NCBI GenBank assembly: GCA_007130525.1
Contig: SLSJ01000027.1
Location: 1 to 62,272, forward strand
Length of the DNA: 62,272 bases
Direction: 5' to 3'
From: Ectothiorhodospiraceae bacterium
Lineage (GTDB): Bacteria; Pseudomonadota; Gammaproteobacteria; Nitrococcales; Aquisalimonadaceae
In this document: positions 10,252 to 18,925 of the stretch, piece after piece
Layout of the letters: the number at the start of each line of letters is the position of its first letter
Position numbering within the stretch: position 1 is the stretch's first letter
Translations under genes and position numbers: made by a program
The notes under the pieces: generated by a model
Seen by the model: the letters and a program-made list of their open reading frames with translations, nothing else
Database searches by the model: none
What the model was told of the DNA's origin: nothing

Positions 10252-10475
10252 GCGGTGAGCCTAGCGGATCCGGAGAAGGTTATCATCACTCCGTTGCCGA
10301 ACGTCCTTACTCATTGCCAGCATGCGATGAATACCGCAAAGCATCTTCGCAATTTATATTTCACGATGTTATGGTCCTCGCGACTTTCCGTATTGATTCC
10401 CATGCGTAAGCCCATCATCACCGGCGCGCGATCCATCGGATTCAATAGACGCCACCATCCCTCGCGAGGCTGGCC

Positions 10476-12362
10476 ATGTTCCGCATTCATCATCTTTTGC
10501 TTCTATGTATTTCGGCGCTGGCCCTTCCCGGCCTGCTCGCGTGTAGTGACCCGGATGCGGGTGCCCCGAATACCCAAGCCGAGCGCGATGACCCCGTGCA
10601 GATGGCCCGACAGGGCGTCCCCGAACACAATCCCGAAGCGACCTACGAGGGCCGCACCGCAGAACAGCATGCCGAACGCCTGAGCGATCTCAGTCACGGA
10701 CGACAACTCGATGCACTGCGAGACATCGCCGCGATGGGCGTGCACGGCCTGCCCGCACGCGAGGCGATCCACGAACTCATCGACGGGATCCCCGCGCGAA
10801 ACCTGGATTCCCGGGTCGCAGAGCATGTCGAACTGGCGGCGCTGGGTACACTCTATGCCATCGAGGCCCCGGAGGCGCCTGCCATGGTCCGCCAGCGGAT
10901 TCTGGACCCCGGCTTTAGCGAACGAACGGACACCTACGGGCGTCTGATCGGTGCCGCCCTGGACACCGGTTTCAATCCGCAGACCCTGGGCGCCGATGTG
11001 CTCGAGCTGGCCGCCTCCGACCCGGATCACGCCGCGCGCTTGTTGCGCACCGAGGCCCTGCCGGATGCCGTTCAGACCGATCTGGCACAGGCCCTGTTCC
11101 CGCTGGATCACGACGAGGACACGGCCCGATTCTTTCTCGATCAGCTCGCCGAATTCGATTTCATTGACGACGCGCAAGTGCTGGACTATGTCCGATCCCA
11201 TCGGGCGTTGGCAGGCGAGAATAGCCAGTCCACTCGGGCCACCCACAACCTGCTGGCCTCCATCGGCACCGAAGAGGCACTCGATCTCGCACTCGAAAAC
11301 GGCGGCACCACCGCCGTGCGCGAACCCCGGCTGGTCGGCCGGTTCGCGCAAGCGGAAATGGGGGCAGCGCGGGCGATGGAGCGGATGCTGGAGGCGGTCA
11401 TGGCGGCCGACACGCCGGAGGCAATCAACGCGGCCACCGATGGCATGGGGCGCCTCACCCAGGAGCTTATCCGTCCGTTCAAGGGCCGCTCACCCGAACC
11501 GGGCACTCCGGAACTGAACCTCGAAGTCGTGCACGATCTGCAGGTCGGCGCGCTGACCCGATTGATCCAGGAAGGCCCCTCCGACGCCCATCAATCGCAG
11601 GGGGTACAGACCCTCGGCGAGTATTTGCGCAACAACCGAGAAGTGCCCCCCAATCCCGCGCTGGACCCGATCTTCGCGATCGCCACCAACCCGGAGAACG
11701 GTCGCGAGGCGGTGCTGAACGCCCAGCAGACGATTCAGAGAACGGTCACGTCCTTCGGCGGCGCGCTCGAGCAGGATCCGGAATACGTGTACGCACATAG
11801 TGTCCGGATGCTTTGGACCGGCACCGATGCCGAGACCACGGAAGCGGCGCAGCAAATCCTGAGTAGCGCGCGGCGCTCGCCGGAACACGCGGCGTTGATT
11901 CTCGACCGGCTCAGTGAATCGATGCCGGCGCATCTGGATGACTGGGCCGTCAACCCCGCCGCGGCCGTGGCGTTGAGTCTGACGAGCCTGAAGCTCTTCG
12001 ATCGCCAGCCCGCGCGCGAACAAGGCACGGTCGTGGTGGGTCAACTCATCGCCGGTGAGAAGGCCGAGCTGGAGTTTCTGAACCAAGCGCTGCGAAAGCA
12101 CATGAATGCCCTGGCAAAGGCCGACAATAACTCCGTGACCGGCCTGATTGGCCTGCTCGGGCCGACCATCTTCGCCGAGCATCCGGCCATGCACCGGGAA
12201 TTTGAACCCGCAGCCTTCGCCAAGGTGATGCTGCAACGACCTGCCTGGCTGGAAGATGAACCCACGGCGGCAACGCAGTGGCAGGACTTCCTGCAGGAGG
12301 TGGTTGCGGCAGACCGCGAGCACTTCAGCGCCACGGCCCAGGAAGCGCTGGACGCGCTGTAG
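10476..12362 (+). CDS. Lipoprotein, predicted alpha-helical (HEAT/ARM-like) solenoid
   Basis: Lipobox LLAC; Ala/Leu-rich amphipathic helices (e.g. ALRDIAAMG..AREAIHELI, LLASIGTEEALDL); divergent from the 1764-aa gene. Confidence 0.65.
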   Translation: MFRIHHLLLLCISALALPGLLACSDPDAGAPNTQAERDDPVQMARQGVPEHNPEATYEGRTAEQHAERLSDLSHGRQLDALRDIAAMGVHGLPAREAIHELIDGIPARNLDSRVAEHVELAALGTLYAIEAPEAPAMVRQRILDPGFSERTDTYGRLIGAALDTGFNPQTLGADVLELAASDPDHAARLLRTEALPDAVQTDLAQALFPLDHDEDTARFFLDQLAEFDFIDDAQVLDYVRSHRALAGENSQSTRATHNLLASIGTEEALDLALENGGTTAVREPRLVGRFAQAEMGAARAMERMLEAVMAADTPEAINAATDGMGRLTQELIRPFKGRSPEPGTPELNLEVVHDLQVGALTRLIQEGPSDAHQSQGVQTLGEYLRNNREVPPNPALDPIFAIATNPENGREAVLNAQQTIQRTVTSFGGALEQDPEYVYAHSVRMLWTGTDAETTEAAQQILSSARRSPEHAALILDRLSESMPAHLDDWAVNPAAAVALSLTSLKLFDRQPAREQGTVVVGQLIAGEKAELEFLNQALRKHMNALAKADNNSVTGLIGLLGPTIFAEHPAMHREFEPAAFAKVMLQRPAWLEDEPTAATQWQDFLQEVVAADREHFSATAQEALDAL

Positions 12363-12451
12363 ACACCACGCAATCACCTTCTTGAGGGATCCTTCAGCCA
12401 CCCATCCCAAGGGGGGGATCCTCAGAACAGACCCGAAGAGGACATCGCCCC

Positions 12452-13252
12452 ATGCCGATCCCGATCCAACCCCGCACGCCCTCAAAAACTCGCCCGTCTT
12501 CCGCGACCCGCACTTCGTCCAGCCCCCTCGCATTCGCGGTTTCGGCCGGCCTGCTTGTCGGCGTCTCGATGATGACCGCATCGCTTGCCGCGCAGGGCCT
12601 CAGTGCCATGGACTCGCAGGACATCAGCAGCATGAACGCGCTGGGGTCGATCCAGGCAAGGGTCGAGAACCAGACCCAGGAGTGGGTGACCCTCGGTGGC
12701 GAAGTCGGCGGCGAGATGCTGGCCTCGGCCAGCTGGCAGCCGATCACGATGCCCGAAAGCCCGATGGCCCGAATGATGGCAACCATGAATGAACAGCAAC
12801 GCCAGCAGATGGAACAGGCCATGGGCGCAAGCGGCATTGGCGTAGACCGGCAATACGTCCGACTTCGCATCGTCGGCTTCGACCCGGAATCCGCCCAGGT
12901 ACAACGCGCGGGCATGCTCTCGATCGAGCTGGGGACGCTGGCGACCAACGACATGGATGCGGTGCACGCCCAGATGCACGAGGCCGATATCTCCTATTTC
13001 ATGAAAACCGATGACGGCACTAGCCTGCTCGTCGCCGACACCCGGTCCGCCGGGGCCACTACGGGCGTCGAATTCGATCGGCTGGAGGTCAACGACGGGG
13101 CCGGCTTCGCCGAAGGTCGATTCACCGCGGATCTTTGCCCAATGCGGCAGGTCATGAGCAACAACATCGACCCGGCCAGCTGCCTGTCGCTGGAGGGTGA
13201 ATTCGCCACGGAACTGGTCGCAGAAGAAGCCATCAACGTGATGGGCCAATAA
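12452..13252 (+). CDS. Hypothetical exported protein with Met/Gln-rich insert
   Basis: RBS-like GAAGAGG; hydrophobic signal ending ASLAA; MPESPMARMMATMNEQQRQQMEQAM; C-terminal Cys pair. Confidence 0.65.
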   Translation: MPIPIQPRTPSKTRPSSATRTSSSPLAFAVSAGLLVGVSMMTASLAAQGLSAMDSQDISSMNALGSIQARVENQTQEWVTLGGEVGGEMLASASWQPITMPESPMARMMATMNEQQRQQMEQAMGASGIGVDRQYVRLRIVGFDPESAQVQRAGMLSIELGTLATNDMDAVHAQMHEADISYFMKTDDGTSLLVADTRSAGATTGVEFDRLEVNDGAGFAEGRFTADLCPMRQVMSNNIDPASCLSLEGEFATELVAEEAINVMGQ

Positions 13253-13287
13253 TTTTCCAGTTCGACACCCTTACAAAGGAGTAGAAT

Positions 13288-13509
13288 ATGCCAATAAAAA
13301 CCAGCACTTGTGTTGTGATCGCCGTGTCCGCCATGTTTCTCTTGGGCTGCGGAGGCGATTCTGGGGCCGAGCCGGGCAATGGAGGGGCCACGGGTGAGGT
13401 TAAGGCCGGGTGCACGGAGCGGGCCGGCATCGGCTGGACCGGTCGCTCAAACGACGGCGCCATCATCACGGCCCAGACCCGGGAGGCATGCGAGGAGCGG
13501 CTACGCTAA
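13288..13509 (+). CDS. Small lipoprotein
   Basis: AAGGAG RBS; lipobox LLGC; Gly-rich linker; two further Cys. Confidence 0.65.
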   Translation: MPIKTSTCVVIAVSAMFLLGCGGDSGAEPGNGGATGEVKAGCTERAGIGWTGRSNDGAIITAQTREACEERLR

Positions 13510-13610
13510 TGAAGTCGTAGCATAAATGACGTGGTGGCAGCGTGGTCATCGCCGATCAGGACCTGCCGGGCCGCTTCGTCAAACGCTTCCACCGCTACCA
13601 GCTCAAGGGC

Positions 13611-13634
13611 GATTTAAACCGCGCGGTTTAAATC
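13611..13634. repeat. Perfect 24-bp palindrome GATTTAAACCGCGCGGTTTAAATC
   Basis: The sequence equals its own reverse complement; lies between convergent genes. Confidence 0.9.
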
Positions 13635-13709
13635 ATCAGGTGGGATTTCCAGCGCATGAAATCGGGGTTTTATCCGTCGGACAGGCGAATGGGCACCGGC
13701 TTGCCGCCC

Positions 13710-14723
13710 TCAGGGGCATAACCCTTCGTGATTGGGCTCGCCACGGGCGCATTCGAAAGCGCGGGAAAGCGATAGATGCGGCGCCTGGCTCCCGCTAGGG
13801 AAGGTCCTAACGCGTTTCCAGATGACAGCGACGGAATCGTCCATCAGATGGCCGAGGCGCAGCACGGCTTCGATGCCGAAATCCTGTGCGAGGTTGACGT
13901 CCATCACCATCTCCATGAAGGGCTGCCCGTCCCGAAGGCTCTCGGGTTCCTCAAAGCCTATCCAACGGAGCCGCCCGTCATCGATGCGTGCCACGCCCAC
14001 CTCTAGTGCCAGCACATCGGCCATGGCCGCAGGCGTGTAGACGCCGTCGCGGATGTCCTCGTAGGACCTGTCGAAGGAAGTACCGCTGCCCGCATAATCG
14101 TGCCAGAGCGCAGCGCCTTCGCCGATACTCGCCCAATCCAGGCAGGCCAAGGGGAGGCAGCGCATGACACCTGCCACACCATCGGCTATCACCTGCCGGC
14201 CGATCGTGACCGGATCGGCGGTGCGTCCCTGCACCGGACGCAATACAAAGCGATACGAGACATGCGTGCCCGCGCCGAGCACCTCCGCCGGCGCGGTGCT
14301 TGCTTCGTCGACGGACTGCATCACACCCGAGCGGAACACTTTGCCGAGATTGAACCGGTCGACCTGGACGAAACTGAACGGCACCGCTTTTCCGCCCGGC
14401 ATCCCCGTCCGGCCTTCCAGGCCGTAGCGGATGCGATAGCGCGCATGCGCGACGACCCCTTCCTCATTCTCCAGAAACAGCACAGCCTTGGTCAGCGGGT
14501 TGAGATCGCCTCCTGCGGGGAAATTCGAGGAGATCTGTGGCAAGGTGTCGGTGAGGCTGCGCAATACTCGCTCGTGATCGATCGGCTCATAGCCCTGCGC
14601 CTCGGTGAATAGTGGGGGCGGTCCGGTCAGAGCAGGGGCGGATATTGACGCGAACGCGAGCGCGAATACCAGTGAAGTGACAAGCGTTGAAAACCGCTTT
14701 GACGTGTTGGGTCGATCGGTCAC
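13710..14723 (-). CDS. Hypothetical exported protein
   Basis: GAGGAGG RBS before GTG at 14723; signal peptide (KRFSTLVTSLVFALAFASISAPA); two Cys pairs. Confidence 0.65.
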   Translation of the reverse strand: MTDRPNTSKRFSTLVTSLVFALAFASISAPALTGPPPLFTEAQGYEPIDHERVLRSLTDTLPQISSNFPAGGDLNPLTKAVLFLENEEGVVAHARYRIRYGLEGRTGMPGGKAVPFSFVQVDRFNLGKVFRSGVMQSVDEASTAPAEVLGAGTHVSYRFVLRPVQGRTADPVTIGRQVIADGVAGVMRCLPLACLDWASIGEGAALWHDYAGSGTSFDRSYEDIRDGVYTPAAMADVLALEVGVARIDDGRLRWIGFEEPESLRDGQPFMEMVMDVNLAQDFGIEAVLRLGHLMDDSVAVIWKRVRTFPSGSQAPHLSLSRAFECARGEPNHEGLCP

Positions 14724-14863
14724 ACATGCCTCCTCGACTGGCTTCAACATTACAGACTAGCACCGTCTCTATCTCGCATGTCGCTCCTGCATCGCGTTCG
14801 TCGATTGTACGATTCGCGCCACACGGGCCTGCATCCCGGAGCCGTAGCACACGCTTGCACTCT

Positions 14864-15058
14864 TCACGACTCATCGCCCGGCTCGTTGATCTTGTCTTCA
14901 CACAGCACACTGTGCTTGATCAGTAGCAACAGTCCGAAGACGGTGGCAATCGAGCCGGCGCGGCCGAACCACTCCGGATCGCTCGTGGTGATCGACACGG
15001 TCACGACAGCGCTGACGATACCAATCACCGCCCAGGAGTTGATCAGAACGTTGCGCAT
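14864..15058 (-). CDS. Small two-TM membrane protein (possibly a truncated remnant)
   Basis: Strong GGAGG RBS; two hydrophobic segments in 64 aa. Confidence 0.45.
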   Translation of the reverse strand: MRNVLINSWAVIGIVSAVVTVSITTSDPEWFGRAGSIATVFGLLLLIKHSVLCEDKINEPGDES

Positions 15059-15430
15059 GGCGGAAACCTCCCTTTCTCCAATGCTGACCCCGGCTATTGA
15101 GCAGCAACATCCGTGGTTTCGCGTGCCGGAGAGCGCGCAGGCCTATGGGGTCAAGGGCCCATGAGGTCAGGTGTCACGATCCTACTCTTCGCGGCGAGCC
15201 ATGCTGTGTGTGACCTGACCTCTACCCCGCGAGTATAGGAAGGTTAAATACCTCTTGCGGTAAGTGGCGACGGCTTTTCGACCGGTGGAGCAGGCTCCGC
15301 AGATCTCGATGTCGACCCCAATAACCGATTCCGAACGTCAGGTTTACATACGACATCGGTCAGGCATTCATGATCTCCGACTGCCCGCTTCGGGTCGGAC
15401 AGCGTCCTTTGTTCACGGGATCGCGTTTGG

Positions 15431-15994
15431 TCAGAGAACGTCTGCGAATTCCCTTAGCCTGTCCGCCGTGACGACAAGCCCCTGAGCTGCGAGCGTCTCG
15501 AGGTAGGCATCGACAGATTTCGGAGGGTTGCGGAGCGCAGCGCGGTGGCGTTTCGCTGTCGTGACAACCGCCCCCTCATGCAGATCGAACTGTTGTTCCA
15601 CGAAAGTATCCGGGTGAACAGCTTCGATGCCGTAGGGCGCGAGCGACGGTGCCGGAAAGTCTCTCAGGTTGATGGTTACGATTGTCTGCGCACCGGCGCG
15701 GATTGCGGCAGCAAGAACGTGTCGGTCATCGGGGTCCGGCAACGATAGTCCCTCGATCAATGGCTCATAGCCTCCCACAAGGGAGTCGGGGACCGCTTGA
15801 TCCATCAGCGAGCGTGTTCTCTTGAGCGCGCCAGCCAGATCAGGACGCGTTGCCAGCAGGCTTTGTGTCCACTCATAGTGAATCCGGTCGGTCCATTTGG
15901 CTGCGAACAGCCCGGCGGTTGCCAGCCGGATCAGGAAATCCCGCATGGGTGCCGGGTACAGCACGCACGCATCAAACACCACCACGAAGCGCAC
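15431..15994 (-). CDS. PIN-domain ribonuclease toxin (VapC-like)
   Basis: VVFDACVL start; LPDPDDRHVLAAAI and IVTINLRDF acidic PIN motifs; coupled to the upstream HTH gene. Confidence 0.9.
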   Translation of the reverse strand: MRFVVVFDACVLYPAPMRDFLIRLATAGLFAAKWTDRIHYEWTQSLLATRPDLAGALKRTRSLMDQAVPDSLVGGYEPLIEGLSLPDPDDRHVLAAAIRAGAQTIVTINLRDFPAPSLAPYGIEAVHPDTFVEQQFDLHEGAVVTTAKRHRAALRNPPKSVDAYLETLAAQGLVVTADRLREFADVL

Positions 15995-15995
15995 G

Positions 15996-16448
15996 TCAGT
16001 ACCCCATGTCCAGATCCTGCGCTTGCTCGGTCAGTGCATCCAGGGCCTCCTGGCTGGTGCGGCCACGTTCAGCCTTGTACGCCAGCAGATCCTGGTATCG
16101 AATCCGGCGGTGGGTACCAACCTTCGAGAAGGGAAGCTCTCCCCGCTCCAGAAGTTTGACGAGATGCGGCCGGGAGACATTGAGGATGTCTGCCGCTTCC
16201 TGCGTCGTGAGCTCTGCATGCGTCGGCACGATCGTCACCGCATTGCCCTGGGCCATCTCGCCAAGCAGGTCACGCAGCAGCGCGAGCGCCTGGCGCGGCA
16301 GCACCAGGTCGGTGCCGTCGAGCTGAACTCGGGCCCTGTCGGAGTCCGGCTGCTGAGCCAGAAGTCTGCTCAGTTCCGTCGCGCTGGCGCGGGCAAGTGC
16401 AGCAGCCTCATGATCGGGGAGCTGGTTGTCGCCACTGGGTGTCTGCAT
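15996..16448 (-). CDS. Excisionase-family HTH DNA-binding protein, probable antitoxin
   Basis: ELTTQEAADILNVSRPHLVKLLERGELPFSKVGTHRRI HTH_17/Xis motif; 1 bp from the PIN gene start. Confidence 0.9.
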   Translation of the reverse strand: MQTPSGDNQLPDHEAAALARASATELSRLLAQQPDSDRARVQLDGTDLVLPRQALALLRDLLGEMAQGNAVTIVPTHAELTTQEAADILNVSRPHLVKLLERGELPFSKVGTHRRIRYQDLLAYKAERGRTSQEALDALTEQAQDLDMGY

Positions 16449-16483
16449 GGGTACTCCGGAGTGCGTGTGTGGTCATCCAACAC

Positions 16484-16517
16484 TAATCGCAATAATCGAA
16501 AAACGCAACAAACGAAA
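16484..16517. promoter_or_regulatory. Tandem ~9-bp direct repeats, putative operator of the HTH/PIN operon
   Basis: TAATCGCAA-TAATCGAAA-AACGCAA-CAAACGAAA in the AT-rich region between the divergent HTH and integrase genes. Confidence 0.55.
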
Positions 16518-16605
16518 CATGGCTTACAACGCCAGACAAAAAGAGAGCGGGCGAGCCCGTCATGGTCGATGCTTAACATCCCACCCTCTGCGGAGATATA
16601 GAGCC

Positions 16606-17184
16606 ATGACCACTGCCAACCCGCCCCGCCAGCACGCAACCGAAGGCGCCCCATGGAACAAAGGCCACCTGATTGGTCGGAAGCCACCTCTGAAACTCCC
16701 TGAAGTCTGGGGGATTCGTATCAGGCTTCAGCTCGACCAGAACACACGGCAGCTTGCTCTGTTCAACCTCGCGATTGACAGCAAGCTCCGAGGCTGTGAT
16801 CTCGTCAGCCTCCAAGTCCGAGATGTCGTGCATGGCGGAAAAGCAGTAAAGCGGGCCGCCGTCATTCAGCAAAAGACGGGACGATCTGTCCAGTTCGAAC
16901 TCACGCCCAATACCCGACGAGCTGTCGAGGAATGGGTCGATGAGGCCGGCTTGCGATCCGGCGATTATCTGTTCCCGAGCCGCATGCACGGTTCGCCGCA
17001 CATCTCCACCCGGCCGTACGCAAGAATCGTAAAGTCGTGGGTTGCACAACTCGGGCTCGACCCCGCCGAGTACGGGACTCACTCCCTCCGGCGGACTAAG
17101 GCGACGCTGGGGTTCTACCCCGTTTCCACGGACGGTTTGGAAACGCCTGGCTGGAGATCAAGCGTGACGGTTGCGAGCCGGTGA
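16606..17184 (+). pseudogene. Tyrosine recombinase/integrase, C-terminally truncated
   Basis: GGAG RBS; PWNKGHLIGRKPPLK, LAIDSKLRGCDL, YGTHSLRRTKATL; unrelated sequence follows from about 17110, so the LLGH..Y box is missing. Confidence 0.85.
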
Positions 17185-17680
17185 AAGAGTTCTGCCACTC
17201 CGACCGGCTCCTTGGTCTCGCGGCGATCCCTCGTGAGCGCCGGGATGGGAGTATCCCGGTCCCGCCGCGGTGGCTGCGGAATCAACGGGTGCCATGGCTC
17301 GAGCAATTGGGCAGTCGCCGCGGCCCGGTCCTCTTCTCGCCGAGGAAAACCGAGTGGTTGGATAACGTTTCGTCGGGCTCATCGGATCCCAGGTCAGAAC
17401 ACGAGATCTGAATCAGTTCGCCTCGCGGCACTGGCCACCAGCAGAGCGAGTCCAGGACCGCTGTAATCCGGAGCGAAATGCCCCGGCCTCATTGAAGCTG
17501 TCTCGTCCGCCTCTTGCTGGTGCACTGTACGCAGGGTGGTGGCTGCGAGCCATGGAATCCCGTGATTGTGATGGGGTTCGTGGTCACCCGAGAGACTTGA
17601 CTGTCATGCTGTGCGACATGCACGTGTGCGCCCGGAAAGCGGACGCATGCCGCTGACGTTATGGCAGCAATGGAATCCCC

Positions 17681-18925
17681 ATGGCGACGATCGACACGGA
17701 AATTCTGGAATCCCTGATTCCGCTCCGCGAGCTGACGTCGGATGCGCTGGCCGAGCTGGCGCGGGAAGCGGAAATCGAGGAGCTCGAGGCGCGCAGTGTC
17801 ATCTTCCGCAAAGGCGGCGACGATGAGTGGGCGCGCTATGTGCTGTCCGGCACCGTGGTTCTGGTGGACGACGAGAAGCGTCAGCGCGCGGTGACCGGTA
17901 CCGGCAACGCGGGCGTGGCACCCCAACCGCTGAGTGAGAGCAGGCCTTATACCTGTCACGCCGTGGCGGGCACCGCCGTCAAACTGATCCGGCTCCCGAG
18001 CGGTCGCATTCAGCAACTGCTTGAGTCCAGCCGCTTGCCGGAGTATGGCGTGGAGCAGATTGCCTCGAACAGCGACAACGTCGGCGAAAACCTGTTCTAT
18101 CGCCTGTTCGAGGATCTGATGTCCGACCGGCTGGAGCTGCCCAGCATGCCGAATATCGCCTTGCGGGTCCGCGACGCGGTTACCGAGCGCGAGGCGGGTG
18201 CTGCCGAACTGGCCAAGATCCTGCAGACTGATCCGGCGGTGGCAGCGCGCGTGATTCAGGCGGCCAACAGCGCGGTGTACTCCGGCCAGCCTCAGGTGGA
18301 TTCGCTGCAACCGGCCATCACCCGGCTTGGATTGATCGTGACCCGCGAGGTGGTTACTGCCGTCGCGTTGCGCGGCGTGTTCCGTTCAAAGAATCCGACC
18401 CTGAACAAGCGCATGGAGGAGTTGTGGATGCACAGCTCGCTGGTCGCTGCGATCGCCCAGGTGACCGCTCGGCGTCTGGAGGCCTTCGAACCCGAACGCG
18501 GGCTACTCGCCGGCCTGGTGCACGATATTGGCGTCATTCCGATGGTAACCAATGCCGCGCACTATCCGGAGCTGATCAGGGACCCGGGATTGCTGGAGGC
18601 CACCATTCAGCAGTATCGCGGCGAAGTCGGGACGATGATCCTCCGGCGATGGAATTTCCATGAAGACGTGATTCAGGTGCCGTTGTGGGCCGAGGATTGG
18701 GACCGCTATAAGGAGGACACCAGTCCGGATTACGGCGACCTGATCGTGGTGGCGCAGTTGCAGGCGCTGTCCTCCGATCCTGGCGGCAGCGCCTCACCCG
18801 CGTTTACCGATACGCCTGCCTATGTACGGCTGGGACTGGAGGCGCAGGGAATCACCGACGGCGCCAGCATGCTGGAAGAGGCCCGGGAGGAGATTGCAGA
18901 GGCCCAACGCCTGCTGATCGGCTGA
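17681..18925 (+). CDS. Cyclic-nucleotide-binding-like domain plus HDOD domain protein
   Basis: N-terminal IPLRELT..VIFRKG..YVLSGTV cNMP-like fold; LELPSMP..DPAVAARVIQAANS..AITRLG..LAGLVHDIG HDOD motifs. Confidence 0.85.
   Translation: MATIDTEILESLIPLRELTSDALAELAREAEIEELEARSVIFRKGGDDEWARYVLSGTVVLVDDEKRQRAVTGTGNAGVAPQPLSESRPYTCHAVAGTAVKLIRLPSGRIQQLLESSRLPEYGVEQIASNSDNVGENLFYRLFEDLMSDRLELPSMPNIALRVRDAVTEREAGAAELAKILQTDPAVAARVIQAANSAVYSGQPQVDSLQPAITRLGLIVTREVVTAVALRGVFRSKNPTLNKRMEELWMHSSLVAAIAQVTARRLEAFEPERGLLAGLVHDIGVIPMVTNAAHYPELIRDPGLLEATIQQYRGEVGTMILRRWNFHEDVIQVPLWAEDWDRYKEDTSPDYGDLIVVAQLQALSSDPGGSASPAFTDTPAYVRLGLEAQGITDGASMLEEAREEIAEAQRLLIG

Noticed and set aside
14587-14910. Cys-rich 107-aa minus-strand ORF
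   Set aside because: Overlaps two better-supported ORFs with strong RBSs; no motif
15260-15410. Short GGGTCG-containing motifs (also at 1-15) and a GVDIEICGAC peptide, considered as cassette sites or a transposase relic
   Set aside because: Too short and degenerate to separate from chance by eye; no regular attC-like array between the cargo genes
17115-17466. Small ORFs after integrase 2 as the missing integrase C-terminus
   Set aside because: No LLGH..Y motif in any listed frame; only a weak EHEI-stop resemblance
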